A stretch of DNA of 43,222 nucleotides, taken from positions 1 to 43,222 of IMG/VR virus record IMGVR_UViG_3300017653_000087. One strand, given 5' to 3'. Both the position numbers and the translations under genes were made by a program. Positions 19,466 through 28,088 of the stretch are shown piece after piece (the stretch's first letter is position 1; every line of letters begins with the position of its first letter). Source of the DNA: a virus. Its lineage: Duplodnaviria > Caudoviricetes. The notes below the pieces were generated by a model. It worked only from the letters and a program-made list of their open reading frames with translations. It was not told the DNA's origin and searched no databases.

Positions 19466-19648
19466 ATGAAGACATACGTCATGTTTCGGATCTACAAGAT
19501 CCAGGCGCCAGACGATCCGTCGGCACGAGTCGCATTCCGAGAGATCGAGGGCGACGGCCGACTTGAGGATTATCTCGTGTCAGTCTCGATCAAGGAAGAA
19601 CAGCCACGTGGCCTGCTTGCCGAGGTCAAGCGGCAGATCACGAAGTAG
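19466..19648 (+). CDS. Hypothetical 60-aa protein
   Basis: GGAGGT SD and upstream TATAAT. Confidence 0.6.
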   Translation: MKTYVMFRIYKIQAPDDPSARVAFREIEGDGRLEDYLVSVSIKEEQPRGLLAEVKRQITK

Positions 19649-19782
19649 TCGTGAACCAGCCTACGGGGGTACGCCCCTCGTAGCGCCGGGCTCGCCTGAG
19701 TCGCAGTGAGCAAGCTCACCGCACCTCTTGACGGCTCGCCCTGAGAGACAGGTCGAGTCGAATCGAGTCGAAAGGAGACCTT

Positions 19783-20256
19783 GTGGATGACCCGATTCTG
19801 TTTCCAGGACGAATCATGGTAACTGTGGTTCGTCGGTGTCTACGAGACATCAACGGGACCCATATCTATCAACTTGGTGGTCCAGGGCACCAGATCAAAA
19901 TGGTAGCTAACGCGGAGGAGGGCGAGAACGCGCTGAGACGGATTGACTCGCTCTCAGGTGGACTGATGGTCAACTTCCTGGGGCAGTTCATGCACTGGAA
20001 GCTCCCGCCACCGAGCGAGATCACAAGACCTGATGTGCTGGAGATGCTGCGCAACAACCCCCGTGACCGGATGCGTACAACGCTTCAAGGTGGGATTCAG
20101 GAAGCACTTTCTCGGTACCGACCTGACTTTCACTACATCCAGGCGTATCTTCTCGCTCCAGAGCCCTACCTTGAGGGCTGGCGGATGGACCTCAAGACTG
20201 GCCGTGTCTGGCAGGTGCCAGTCGAGGTGACTGGAATAGTCGACTGGGAATGGTGA
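19783..20256 (+). CDS. Hypothetical protein
   Basis: AAGGAG SD; overlaps the ATPase start. Confidence 0.55.
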   Translation: MDDPILFPGRIMVTVVRRCLRDINGTHIYQLGGPGHQIKMVANAEEGENALRRIDSLSGGLMVNFLGQFMHWKLPPPSEITRPDVLEMLRNNPRDRMRTTLQGGIQEALSRYRPDFHYIQAYLLAPEPYLEGWRMDLKTGRVWQVPVEVTGIVDWEW

Positions 20257-22139
20257 TGTTCCTTGGAACAGACCTGGACAACACGTACCGCGACATCTCA
20301 ATCCCCGAGCAGACCCGCCGGCAGGGCTTCTATATCGTTGGCAGGCGTGGGATGGGGAAGTCCACACTCCTTGAGAGTCTGATCTGCGAGGACCTCTACT
20401 CAATGTCAGGCGTCGGTGTCATCGACCCACACGGCAGTCTGATCGATGCCGTGATTACTCGCATCCCTGAGTCACGCGTAAATGACGTCGTCTATCTGGA
20501 CGCCTCCGATCCCGAGTACGCCTTTGGGTTGAACCTGTTTGATACCGGAGGACTGACGAGCGAGATTGCCAGAAGCCGCAGTGTCGACGGTGTTGTTCAG
20601 ACGTTCAAGAAGGTCTGGGGAGTTGGAGAAGACGCCTCCTGGGGACCGCTCCTTGAGGATCTGCTCGCAAACGTCACCCACACTTTGATGGCGGGTGAGG
20701 GCATGACGATGGCTGAGATTCCCGCCCTGCTCTATAAGCCCAACTTCCGAAAGAGGCTCGTCGACAGTCTTGAGAACTGGGTCGTGCGCGACTTCTGGGA
20801 GTATGACTGGGATCCACTGCGTAACGAGCAGCAGATCCGCGATCGCCGCTCGACGACCAACAAGGTGAGAGCGTTTCTGCGTGACCCCGTGCTGTTGCAC
20901 ATCCTCGGACAGACCCAAACGACGGTGGATTTTCGCGCTGTCATGGATGAGCGCAAGATCCTGCTGGTCAAGCTCCCCTTAGGCCCTGACGTGAGTGAAA
21001 CGGCCGTTAGCTTGCTTGGTTCACTGATGATCGGACAGCTCCTGACGGCCGTGATGGGGCGAGAGCCAGGCGGAGACGCACCACACTTCGCGCTCTACTG
21101 CGATGAGTTCCAGCGCTTTGCCACCCCTGCCTTTGCCACGCTGATCGATGAGACACGCAAGTACCGCGTCTCAACGACGATTGCTCACCAGCGCCTGGAC
21201 CAGCTGGATGATGCGTATCGGTCCTCAGCGATGGGATCAAGCAACTTCGCACTGTTCCAACTCACGGGAGACGATGCCGCCGAGTTTGCGTTGCAGTTTG
21301 ACGTTACGCCTCCTGAGGTCGAGCCAGACGTCAACCAGTGGGAGCAGGTGAAGCGAGGCCTGCACCCTAACCCCAAGATGGCCGAACTCCTGGGTCTCTT
21401 GAACACAGGGCTCGACAGGGTCCGCACCGTTGCCGAGTGGTTCAGTGGCGTCCGCTACGACTACAAGCGTCGAGACGGCACCTATACGCCGTTTTACAGC
21501 GACAACGTCGACTATCACGCGGTTGCCCGTCTCATGGAGTGGCTTGACGAGCGCATCAGTCAGTTCTTTGCGCAGAGCCTGCCAGTTCGGAGCTACGACG
21601 AGCTAGAAGCCCTGCACGAGCAGGTGTTTGCCGATCTCACGGCTCAGCTGGAGCGGCTCTACCAGGTTGAATACTACGATCCAAAACCGCCCAAAGACGT
21701 CCGGGAAGGTCTCTCACAGACCAAAGCAAGTTACCTCTTCATGGCGCAAGACCGACTGATGCCAGCCATCGGGAAGCTCTACTACGCCATCAAAGAGGAG
21801 CCGATCAGAACAGGGAACAGACGGACGGTTGCTGACACGAGAGCTGAGTTTGCTAACCGCCTGGCAACGCTCTCCCCGCGCACGCTGGCTGTCAGATTCT
21901 GGGACGGGAGCACCTACCAGCAGGGCATCGTCAAGATGACCGATGTCCTGCCAGGGATCGAGAACCCCGAAAAGACAGCGGCAATTCGTATCGTCAGTCG
22001 AGAGCGCTACTGTCGCCGGCGACAGGATGTTGACCGAGAGATCAGACAGCGACGGGAGACACTCGAGCAGGAGCCTAACGAGCCAGAACCAGCACTCGCC
22101 GAGCAGCCTCCCCTGCCGATTCGCAGGCGTGACTCCTGA
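20250..22139 (+). CDS. VirD4/TraD/HerA-like P-loop ATPase (coupling-protein-like) 1
   Basis: Walker A GRRGMGKST, VIDPHG, Walker B LYCDEFQ, ETRKY..IAHQ. Confidence 0.85.
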   Translation: MVMFLGTDLDNTYRDISIPEQTRRQGFYIVGRRGMGKSTLLESLICEDLYSMSGVGVIDPHGSLIDAVITRIPESRVNDVVYLDASDPEYAFGLNLFDTGGLTSEIARSRSVDGVVQTFKKVWGVGEDASWGPLLEDLLANVTHTLMAGEGMTMAEIPALLYKPNFRKRLVDSLENWVVRDFWEYDWDPLRNEQQIRDRRSTTNKVRAFLRDPVLLHILGQTQTTVDFRAVMDERKILLVKLPLGPDVSETAVSLLGSLMIGQLLTAVMGREPGGDAPHFALYCDEFQRFATPAFATLIDETRKYRVSTTIAHQRLDQLDDAYRSSAMGSSNFALFQLTGDDAAEFALQFDVTPPEVEPDVNQWEQVKRGLHPNPKMAELLGLLNTGLDRVRTVAEWFSGVRYDYKRRDGTYTPFYSDNVDYHAVARLMEWLDERISQFFAQSLPVRSYDELEALHEQVFADLTAQLERLYQVEYYDPKPPKDVREGLSQTKASYLFMAQDRLMPAIGKLYYAIKEEPIRTGNRRTVADTRAEFANRLATLSPRTLAVRFWDGSTYQQGIVKMTDVLPGIENPEKTAAIRIVSRERYCRRRQDVDREIRQRRETLEQEPNEPEPALAEQPPLPIRRRDS

Positions 22140-22157
22140 TATAATGAATATGCCCTT

Positions 22158-22880
22158 ATGTTAAATGAATCTGAAACTCGCATCGTGCAATTGATCGGCC
22201 GGATGTACTTCCTGACGGCAGGTCAAGTGGTCAGGCGCTACTACAGCGCTGGCTCCAAGACCTTAGTTGGCTCCTATCTCAAGGCACTCACTGAGAGTGG
22301 CTATCTCACCCGCCGTGGCTTCAAGCCCAGCCTCCAGGGTGGCTCGTATCCCTACGTTTACTCACTCTCTCCTAAAGGCAGACGCGAGTTGGTGAGGACT
22401 GGATACCTCCCAAACCAGCGTTACCGCCCCAGTGAGGAGGAGGCGCTCAGGACATACCCCGACCACACGCTTGCCATCAATGACGTGCTGATTGCCGGCG
22501 AACTGAGTGGCAAGCTGACGAGGTTCGTCCACGAGCGCACGATCAACCGGATCAGACCGCCGTACCGTCCTGATGGATACCTGGAGTGTGGCAACACCGG
22601 TTTCCTGCTGGAGGTCGATCGTGACACCGAGGCCTTCGAGTTCTGGGATCGGAAGATCGCCAGGCTGTGTGCCTTTGTGGGGTCAGATAACTACACGAAG
22701 TACTTCGAGCTCTTTGAGGGCGTGCTCGTGGTCGTACCAGACCAGAGCCGTCTGGATCTGCTGACACGCTGGACGAAGGCGAGCCTTGATCGTCTTGGAC
22801 TACCCGACTGGCTGCAACTGTTCAGATTCCTGACTCATGCAGAGGCCTGTGATCCGGAGCGCCTTGCTCAACACCTATGA
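22158..22880 (+). CDS. Replication-relaxation family protein (Replic_Relax)
   Basis: FLTAGQV, YSLSPKG, HTLAINDV, RPDG, LLEVDR.TE. Confidence 0.85.
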   Translation: MLNESETRIVQLIGRMYFLTAGQVVRRYYSAGSKTLVGSYLKALTESGYLTRRGFKPSLQGGSYPYVYSLSPKGRRELVRTGYLPNQRYRPSEEEALRTYPDHTLAINDVLIAGELSGKLTRFVHERTINRIRPPYRPDGYLECGNTGFLLEVDRDTEAFEFWDRKIARLCAFVGSDNYTKYFELFEGVLVVVPDQSRLDLLTRWTKASLDRLGLPDWLQLFRFLTHAEACDPERLAQHL

Positions 22881-25201
22881 CCAAACCACTGACACTACTG
22901 CTCGGACGAGTACCTGACCCACCCATCTGGGCCAGACTCTTTCCACAGCGGGTTCAGCTGCCGATTACGTCTGCCGGCAACCACATGCACGTAATCGGAA
23001 AAATCGGTTGTCTACACCCAGACACGCCGATATTCGATCCTGTCGATCGAACCACGCGATCGGTCTACCAACGCTATCTGCTGGGTAAGCCGTTCCATGT
23101 CCTGGCTCTCGACGAGCATAACGAGCCTGTGATTGCTAGAGCTGAGGCTCCTGTCGAGTTCACGAAGGAGCGCATGTATCGGGTTAGGTTCAGTAATGGG
23201 GAGTCAGTTACGGTCACTGGGGAGCACCGTCTGTTTGTGGGGTCTGGCTACCGGACAGTCGACGAGCTCTCCACCATCGTTTCCGACCCTCAGAGATCTT
23301 GCGCTTGTGATCCTCAGAGAACGTGCGACCTCGAATCCGCGAGAATCCTTCTTCCGTCCATTTCGGACAGCGACCTGCAAGCGTCACTCGGAGATGCTCA
23401 GCGTTGGAAGCAAACAGTCGTAAGTTTTCAGGACGGTTGTCGTCAGGTATCCCATTTATGTGGTCAACGACCTCAGTCGGGAGCAGATACCGGCCGAGCT
23501 TCTTCTCCATCACGAGACGGTGCTCAGAGACCTGATTCTTGCGGGTGCGATACGGGTGATCTGGAGCATAGACGTAGACATAGCCCTTCACACGGTGAAC
23601 ACCACGTTTCCAAGCTGGATTGCGGTCTCCCTTCGAATACTCCGACCTCGGGCGGATCTCCACGCCAGCATCGAGCAAGTGCCGGCGAACGGTTACACTC
23701 TTCCCGCCAACACGTTTCGATACCTGAAGCATGCTTAGACCACTCTGATACAGGCGGATTGCCTCCTGTATCTTCTCGGTCTTCCATTTTCGATGTGAAC
23801 TTCTCATGTGATTATGTCAATGGTAGCACAGGCGCTACCCAGTGTCAATTAGTGTCTATTGAGGAAGTTGAACCATCGATCTACTACGACTTCCACGTGC
23901 CGAGGTACCAGAACTACTGGGCGTGTGGGGTGTTCCACCACAACAGCGGGAAGAGCTACTTCCTTGCTACCTACTACCTCGCACTGATCAAGGCGGGGAT
24001 CGGGGTGACGCTGATCGACCCCCACGGGGATCTCTCCAACCTGATCCTGAGATTGCTCGTGCAGGAGGGTAACGAACAAACGTTAAAAGATACGATCTAT
24101 CTTGATTTTCAACGCGCACACGAGCGAGGGCGGTATCTCCCGCTCAACGTGCTCAAGCAACCTGGGGACAGGACTCGGATCGCCCAGAACGTCAAAGAGG
24201 CGTTTCACCGTGCCTGGCCGTCGCTCGCCGGAGGCGTTGCCCCACGCTTTGACAAGCTGGTCCTCAACGGGGTGAAGGCGCTTGCTAGTGCCAACGAGCG
24301 ACTCCCCGAACTGTCGTGGTTCCTGACGAACCTGCCGTTTCGAGCGGAGGTTCTGGCACATGAGACCGACAGTCGGGTGCTTCGTCACTGGAAACACTGG
24401 TACGACACGCTGACCCAACGCCAGCAGACCGAATACGCCGATTCGACCCTCTCACGGGTAGATCTCCTCGCCTTTGACGAGGTCCTGCGCTACTCCCTCG
24501 GCCACGAGGAACTGGCGCTGGACTTCCGCTCAGTCATGGATAGACGGCAGAACGTCCTACTGAATCTCTCGGGCCTCGCTGATGAGACCCAGCGCCTGAT
24601 CGGGTCGCTATTCACCGTGATGTACGAGCAAGCGGCGAAAGGTCGAGCAGACACCCATGAACGGCCGACGCATGTGCTGATGATCGACGAGTTCGCGTCA
24701 TTCAGTGCACAGTCTGAGTCAGCCATGCAGAAGATGCTGTCTGAAACCCGCAAATTCGGGTTGTTTCTGGTGATGGCGCATCAAAACTGGTCGCAGGCCT
24801 CCAGCAAGCTCAAAGGTGCGATGGGCAATACCAAGATCAAGGTGGCGTTTCAACTGGACCGAGAGGATGCCGAGATCACGGCAATGACGTTTGCTGACAT
24901 CGATCCGGTAACGACCCACACCAGAGACGGAGCAGTCGGTTACTCCAAGAGTGTTGCCGATCAGATCGAGGAGACAGTCAAGGAGCTCATGCAACTCCCC
25001 GAACGCCATGCTCTGGTGAAGTTTCCGGATCTCAAAGTCAACCCACTTGTTACCGAGGAAGTCAAAGACCAGCACGTCGACACCACTACGATCGAACGGG
25101 AGCAGCTGGAGCGCTGGTTCAAGCATCCAACGGTGGTGCTTCCCGAACCGACACGGCCGGTGGTGAAGCTCCCGATTCGCAGTCGTTTGCCTCAGGATTG
25201 A
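22877..25201 (+). CDS. VirD4/HerA-like ATPase 2, intein-containing (462 aa after splicing)
   Basis: Spliced Walker A GKIG|SGKS, LIDPHG, Walker B LMIDEF, ETRKF..MAHQ. Confidence 0.88.
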   Translation: MTKPLTLLLGRVPDPPIWARLFPQRVQLPITSAGNHMHVIGKIGCLHPDTPIFDPVDRTTRSVYQRYLLGKPFHVLALDEHNEPVIARAEAPVEFTKERMYRVRFSNGESVTVTGEHRLFVGSGYRTVDELSTIVSDPQRSCACDPQRTCDLESARILLPSISDSDLQASLGDAQRWKQTVVSFQDGCRQVSHLCGQRPQSGADTGRASSPSRDGAQRPDSCGCDTGDLEHRRRHSPSHGEHHVSKLDCGLPSNTPTSGGSPRQHRASAGERLHSSRQHVSIPEACLDHSDTGGLPPVSSRSSIFDVNFSCDYVNGSTGATQCQLVSIEEVEPSIYYDFHVPRYQNYWACGVFHHNSGKSYFLATYYLALIKAGIGVTLIDPHGDLSNLILRLLVQEGNEQTLKDTIYLDFQRAHERGRYLPLNVLKQPGDRTRIAQNVKEAFHRAWPSLAGGVAPRFDKLVLNGVKALASANERLPELSWFLTNLPFRAEVLAHETDSRVLRHWKHWYDTLTQRQQTEYADSTLSRVDLLAFDEVLRYSLGHEELALDFRSVMDRRQNVLLNLSGLADETQRLIGSLFTVMYEQAAKGRADTHERPTHVLMIDEFASFSAQSESAMQKMLSETRKFGLFLVMAHQNWSQASSKLKGAMGNTKIKVAFQLDREDAEITAMTFADIDPVTTHTRDGAVGYSKSVADQIEETVKELMQLPERHALVKFPDLKVNPLVTEEVKDQHVDTTTIEREQLERWFKHPTVVLPEPTRPVVKLPIRSRLPQD
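23214..23807 (-). CDS. HTH-HNH-NUMOD3 homing endonuclease nested antisense inside the intein
   Basis: IRLYQSGLSMLQVSKRVG (HTH), NPAWKRG, EHRLVMEKKLGR..VDHINGIPDDNRPENL (HNH), SEDHKRKISE. Confidence 0.9.
   Translation of the reverse strand: MRSSHRKWKTEKIQEAIRLYQSGLSMLQVSKRVGGKSVTVRRHLLDAGVEIRPRSEYSKGDRNPAWKRGVHRVKGYVYVYAPDHPYRTRKNQVSEHRLVMEKKLGRYLLPTEVVDHINGIPDDNRPENLRLFASNAEHLRVTLAGRCPKWTEEGFSRIRGRTFSEDHKRKISEGRKRWWRARRLSGSQTPQTDGAPQ
23820..23848 (-). promoter_or_regulatory. sigma70-type promoter for the antisense HNH
   Basis: TTGACA(23848-43)-17-TACCAT(23825-20), 12 nt upstream of the ATG at 23807. Confidence 0.7.
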
Positions 25202-25226
25202 GAAGCAACGAACAAACGTTTATAAT
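25198..25226 (+). promoter_or_regulatory. sigma70-type promoter upstream of the ardC leader
   Basis: TTGAGA-17-TATAAT. Confidence 0.65.
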
Positions 25227-25229
25227 GGT

Positions 25230-25465
25230 GATACCTGGCAGGGAAACGCAATCGAGCATCGGTGGTGTGACTCCAACGGACACATCACCCGCTCGACGTT
25301 TGAGATGTGCGGTGATGAAGGTTTCGGACCTAATGTGAGCGTTGACCGGAACATGCTCAGAGGCATCACCGCACTTCTTAGATCGACGTTTGAGATCTGG
25401 GGTGGTGGGGAAACGCTTTTCCACAAGCGAGAGTTTGTGGGTCCAATCATCACCTCAGTTCCCAG
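25230..25465 (+). ncRNA. Candidate structured RNA / ssDNA leader
   Basis: Multiple G-U-containing stems, a GAGA tetraloop, a UUCG-containing loop and a repeated TCGACGTTTGAGAT. Confidence 0.4.
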
Positions 25466-26455
25466 ATGGAGACCAGTCCCTATCGACCAACACCCGAGGA
25501 AGCCAAGCCTCAGGGTGACCCACGTATCGACGCAGCCATGCAGTTGCTTGAGGCTGGCATCGACCGCATCCACGACTCTGAGGAGTTCAAGCGCTACCTC
25601 GAGTTCTCCTCAAAATTTCACAAATACTCACCACGGAATAGCCTATTAATCTGGATGCAGAAGCCTGACGCGACCGACGTCATGGGCTACGGCTCCCGTG
25701 ACGGTCGCACAGGCTGGAAGTCGGTGGGTCGGCAGGTTCGCGCCGGCGAGAAAGCGATCAAGATCTTTGCTCCCCTGCTGAAAAAGGAAGTCGATATCCA
25801 GACCGGTGAGCAGGTCGAGGTCTTACGTGGGTACAAGCTGGTGAACGTCTTTGATGTGAGTCAGACAGACGGCGACGAGCTTCCGAAACGACCGAGTCCA
25901 CGCGAGATCGAATCGTCGACTGAGGCGGGTCACCGCATGTTTACCGCCAACTGGGACTGGCTGGCGACTAAAGGCGTGCCCGTGTTTCGACGCGAAGTCC
26001 CTGGCATCCCCGGCGCACGCGGGAGCTTCAGCCCAGGGCGTGAGGGGAGCGGTGCCAAGATCTACGTGAGAAGCGACATGGCCATCGACATGCAGGCTAA
26101 GACGCTTGCCCATGAATCGGCTCACATGGTTGCTGACCACCGCTGGCATATGCCCAAAGAAGAAGTCGAGCTCGAAGCGGAAGCCGCAGCGTTTGTGACG
26201 AGCTACCACTTCGGGGTGGATACCTCCTCATACAGCTTCGACTATATAACGCACTGGTCCCATGACCGCGATCTGTTCAAGCAGAAGTTGACCACGATCC
26301 AGCAACTGTCAAAGACGCTGATTGATGGCATCGGACAACACTATCCAGATGCCCTCTCAGCCCCTCCAGAATTCGATTCTAGCCCTGTTTACCTGTCAGA
26401 AGGACTACCACACCGTCTGCCGTCGCGAGACGAGTTAGGAGGTGGTACGGCATGA
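25466..26455 (+). CDS. ardC: ArdC-like ssDNA-binding antirestriction protein with metalloprotease domain
   Basis: FHKYSPRNSLLI..Q, WKSVGRQVRAGEKAIKI, VFDVSQTDG, AHESAH, EAEAAAF..S..Y. Confidence 0.85.
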   Translation: METSPYRPTPEEAKPQGDPRIDAAMQLLEAGIDRIHDSEEFKRYLEFSSKFHKYSPRNSLLIWMQKPDATDVMGYGSRDGRTGWKSVGRQVRAGEKAIKIFAPLLKKEVDIQTGEQVEVLRGYKLVNVFDVSQTDGDELPKRPSPREIESSTEAGHRMFTANWDWLATKGVPVFRREVPGIPGARGSFSPGREGSGAKIYVRSDMAIDMQAKTLAHESAHMVADHRWHMPKEEVELEAEAAAFVTSYHFGVDTSSYSFDYITHWSHDRDLFKQKLTTIQQLSKTLIDGIGQHYPDALSAPPEFDSSPVYLSEGLPHRLPSRDELGGGTA

Positions 26456-26544
26456 AGAAGCAGTACACAAACAATAAGTTAGACAACGATTCGTACAGAA
26501 GCATGAAAATGGCCAGGAAGCAGGCTAAGAGAAAGAAGAAGTAG
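26452..26544 (+). CDS. 30-aa Lys/Arg-rich peptide
   Basis: AGGAGGT SD; ATGA overlap with ardC stop; MKKQYTNNKLDNDSYRSMKMARKQAKRKKK. Confidence 0.5.
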   Translation: MKKQYTNNKLDNDSYRSMKMARKQAKRKKK

Positions 26545-26592
26545 ACGCCGAGCGCTCTCAGCTGATCGGGAGTGGGAACTGTTCCACTTCCC

Positions 26593-26895
26593 ATGCCCGA
26601 TCAGAGGAGGCAGTTCGTGTACGTCACTGGATTCAGTGGCACGATCGGAGAGTACGAGGTCACAGCCCTCGGAAACCTGATCCAGGTGACCAAGGACGAG
26701 CAGGTGATCGCCGTCAGAGTCGTTGACAACTTCGGCCGGTTCACCAGAAGAGCCAGAGCGCTCAAGCTGGGCCTGGCCTACTTCGACGACTTTGAGGTCA
26801 TCTACATCTATGACAGTGCAGATGACAACTACGGCTACGCCGTCAACCTCCAGATCGAGGAGTTCAGCGAATGGGGTTATTCGCCCGTCAGCTGA
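26593..26895 (+). CDS. Hypothetical protein
   Basis: Globular-looking ORF with phage-like codon use; start uncertain. Confidence 0.55.
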   Translation: MPDQRRQFVYVTGFSGTIGEYEVTALGNLIQVTKDEQVIAVRVVDNFGRFTRRARALKLGLAYFDDFEVIYIYDSADDNYGYAVNLQIEEFSEWGYSPVS

Positions 26896-26933
26896 ACAAC
26901 CGGGGCTCTCACGTAGAGGGCCCCACTAACACG

Positions 26934-27233
26934 ATGTCAGAACGATTTAGACCACCATCACGGGAAGAACTAGAGGCCTCACTGGCCCAGAGTCGGGCTC
27001 GCCTGGCTGATCTTGAGCAGCGCGGCAACGATGCCTGTAGCGCGTATGACCTCAGGATGGGCTACGACGCTACGTTTAACAAGAAGCTGGTAAGCAATCA
27101 CGTGAAGTACTACGAGCGCCTCTTAGAGCCCTACCGCACGCAACCCCAGCAATCAGATTTTCTGTCCATGTTCGATGTCGGAGAGGTTGTCCCACAAGCT
27201 GAGGAAACTAGTGAGGGAGCGCCAGGAGTATAG
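26934..27233 (+). CDS. Hypothetical protein
   Basis: ORF after hairpin 26902-26924. Confidence 0.5.
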   Translation: MSERFRPPSREELEASLAQSRARLADLEQRGNDACSAYDLRMGYDATFNKKLVSNHVKYYERLLEPYRTQPQQSDFLSMFDVGEVVPQAEETSEGAPGV

Positions 27234-27534
27234 ATGCGCGCTCTGCGGAGCTCACCACCCACCAGGCGATAAAGCCGGTTGTATCTCCGTGCACCATAAA
27301 ACACCGTTTTCCAGAGGAGGGGGAAGTGAACCGAGCAACTTAATTGGATTATGTAGGGGTGGGGAGGACTGCAACAACTGCCACGATCACGTTGACTACC
27401 TGACGCTTGAGCACAACATCCCCTACGAGCAGATCCTAGAGGAGGGCGTTGAGTACTACCTCACGCTCTACCCTAAGGAGCAACACTTCGAGGCGAAACG
27501 AGCGCCGATCGAGTGGATGAACGGCGAAGACTAA
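27175..27534 (+). CDS. HNH endonuclease
   Basis: RQEYRCALCG..HHK..GG..SNL..LC..CH. Confidence 0.85.
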   Translation: MSERLSHKLRKLVRERQEYRCALCGAHHPPGDKAGCISVHHKTPFSRGGGSEPSNLIGLCRGGEDCNNCHDHVDYLTLEHNIPYEQILEEGVEYYLTLYPKEQHFEAKRAPIEWMNGED

Positions 27535-27760
27535 CCCATCTCTTACACGTTCTTGCTGGTGTTCACACGCCCCTGCCCCATACTGAGAATAGAGAAATGC
27601 ACGACTACAGAAAGGAGGAGACTATGGTAGGAGATGAAAACACCCGCCCAGGTGGAGGAACACAAACCCCACAAGGCGATCAAGGCACTGAACAAGGTCG
27701 ATAGAGTGGTGTCCCCAGCCGACAACAGCCTTGCCTGGCTGGAGAGAATACTCTAGGTTC

Positions 27761-27896
27761 TTGCATTATGTCAATGATTCTGTCATAGTGATATTGCTGT
27801 AACCCACAGCCGAGCGTAAGATGTACGGTATCAAGACCCATCTCGGGTGTCGCTGTTTCGTACATCGGCACGGCACCGCTCGAGATGGGTTTTTTC
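27761..27896 (+). promoter_or_regulatory. Promoter plus structured leader with terminator (copy B)
   Basis: TTGCAT-17-CATAGT; leader homologous to 3612-3710; ACCCATCTCG/CGAGATGGGT stem then T-run. Confidence 0.65.
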
Positions 27897-28088
27897 ATGC
27901 CCAAAACACTTGACCAACAACTCGAAGAGCTACGCACCGCCTGGCAACAGGCTCGTACCCGTGCTGACAGACGGATCATTGAAGCCCGTGCAGGCCTGCT
28001 TCGCATGGCCAAAGAGAAGCAAGCTCAGCAGTATCCCCAATCCACTATCGCAATACCAGCAGAGCATACAGACGTAACAGAAGCCTGA
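27897..28088 (+). CDS. Hypothetical 63-aa protein
   Basis: ATG directly after the leader U-tract. Confidence 0.55.
   Translation: MPKTLDQQLEELRTAWQQARTRADRRIIEARAGLLRMAKEKQAQQYPQSTIAIPAEHTDVTEA

Larger units (their letters stand above)
23009..23944 (+). mobile_element. Intein (312 aa) in Walker A
   Basis: Block A CLHPDTPI, block B VTGEHRLF, block F YYDFHV, block G NYWACGVFHHN followed by Ser. Confidence 0.93.

Noticed and set aside
21300-21830. Helical insertion in ATPase 1 as a second intein
   Set aside because: No Cys/Ser block A or HN-nucleophile end; its Walker A has Met at the equivalent +1 position
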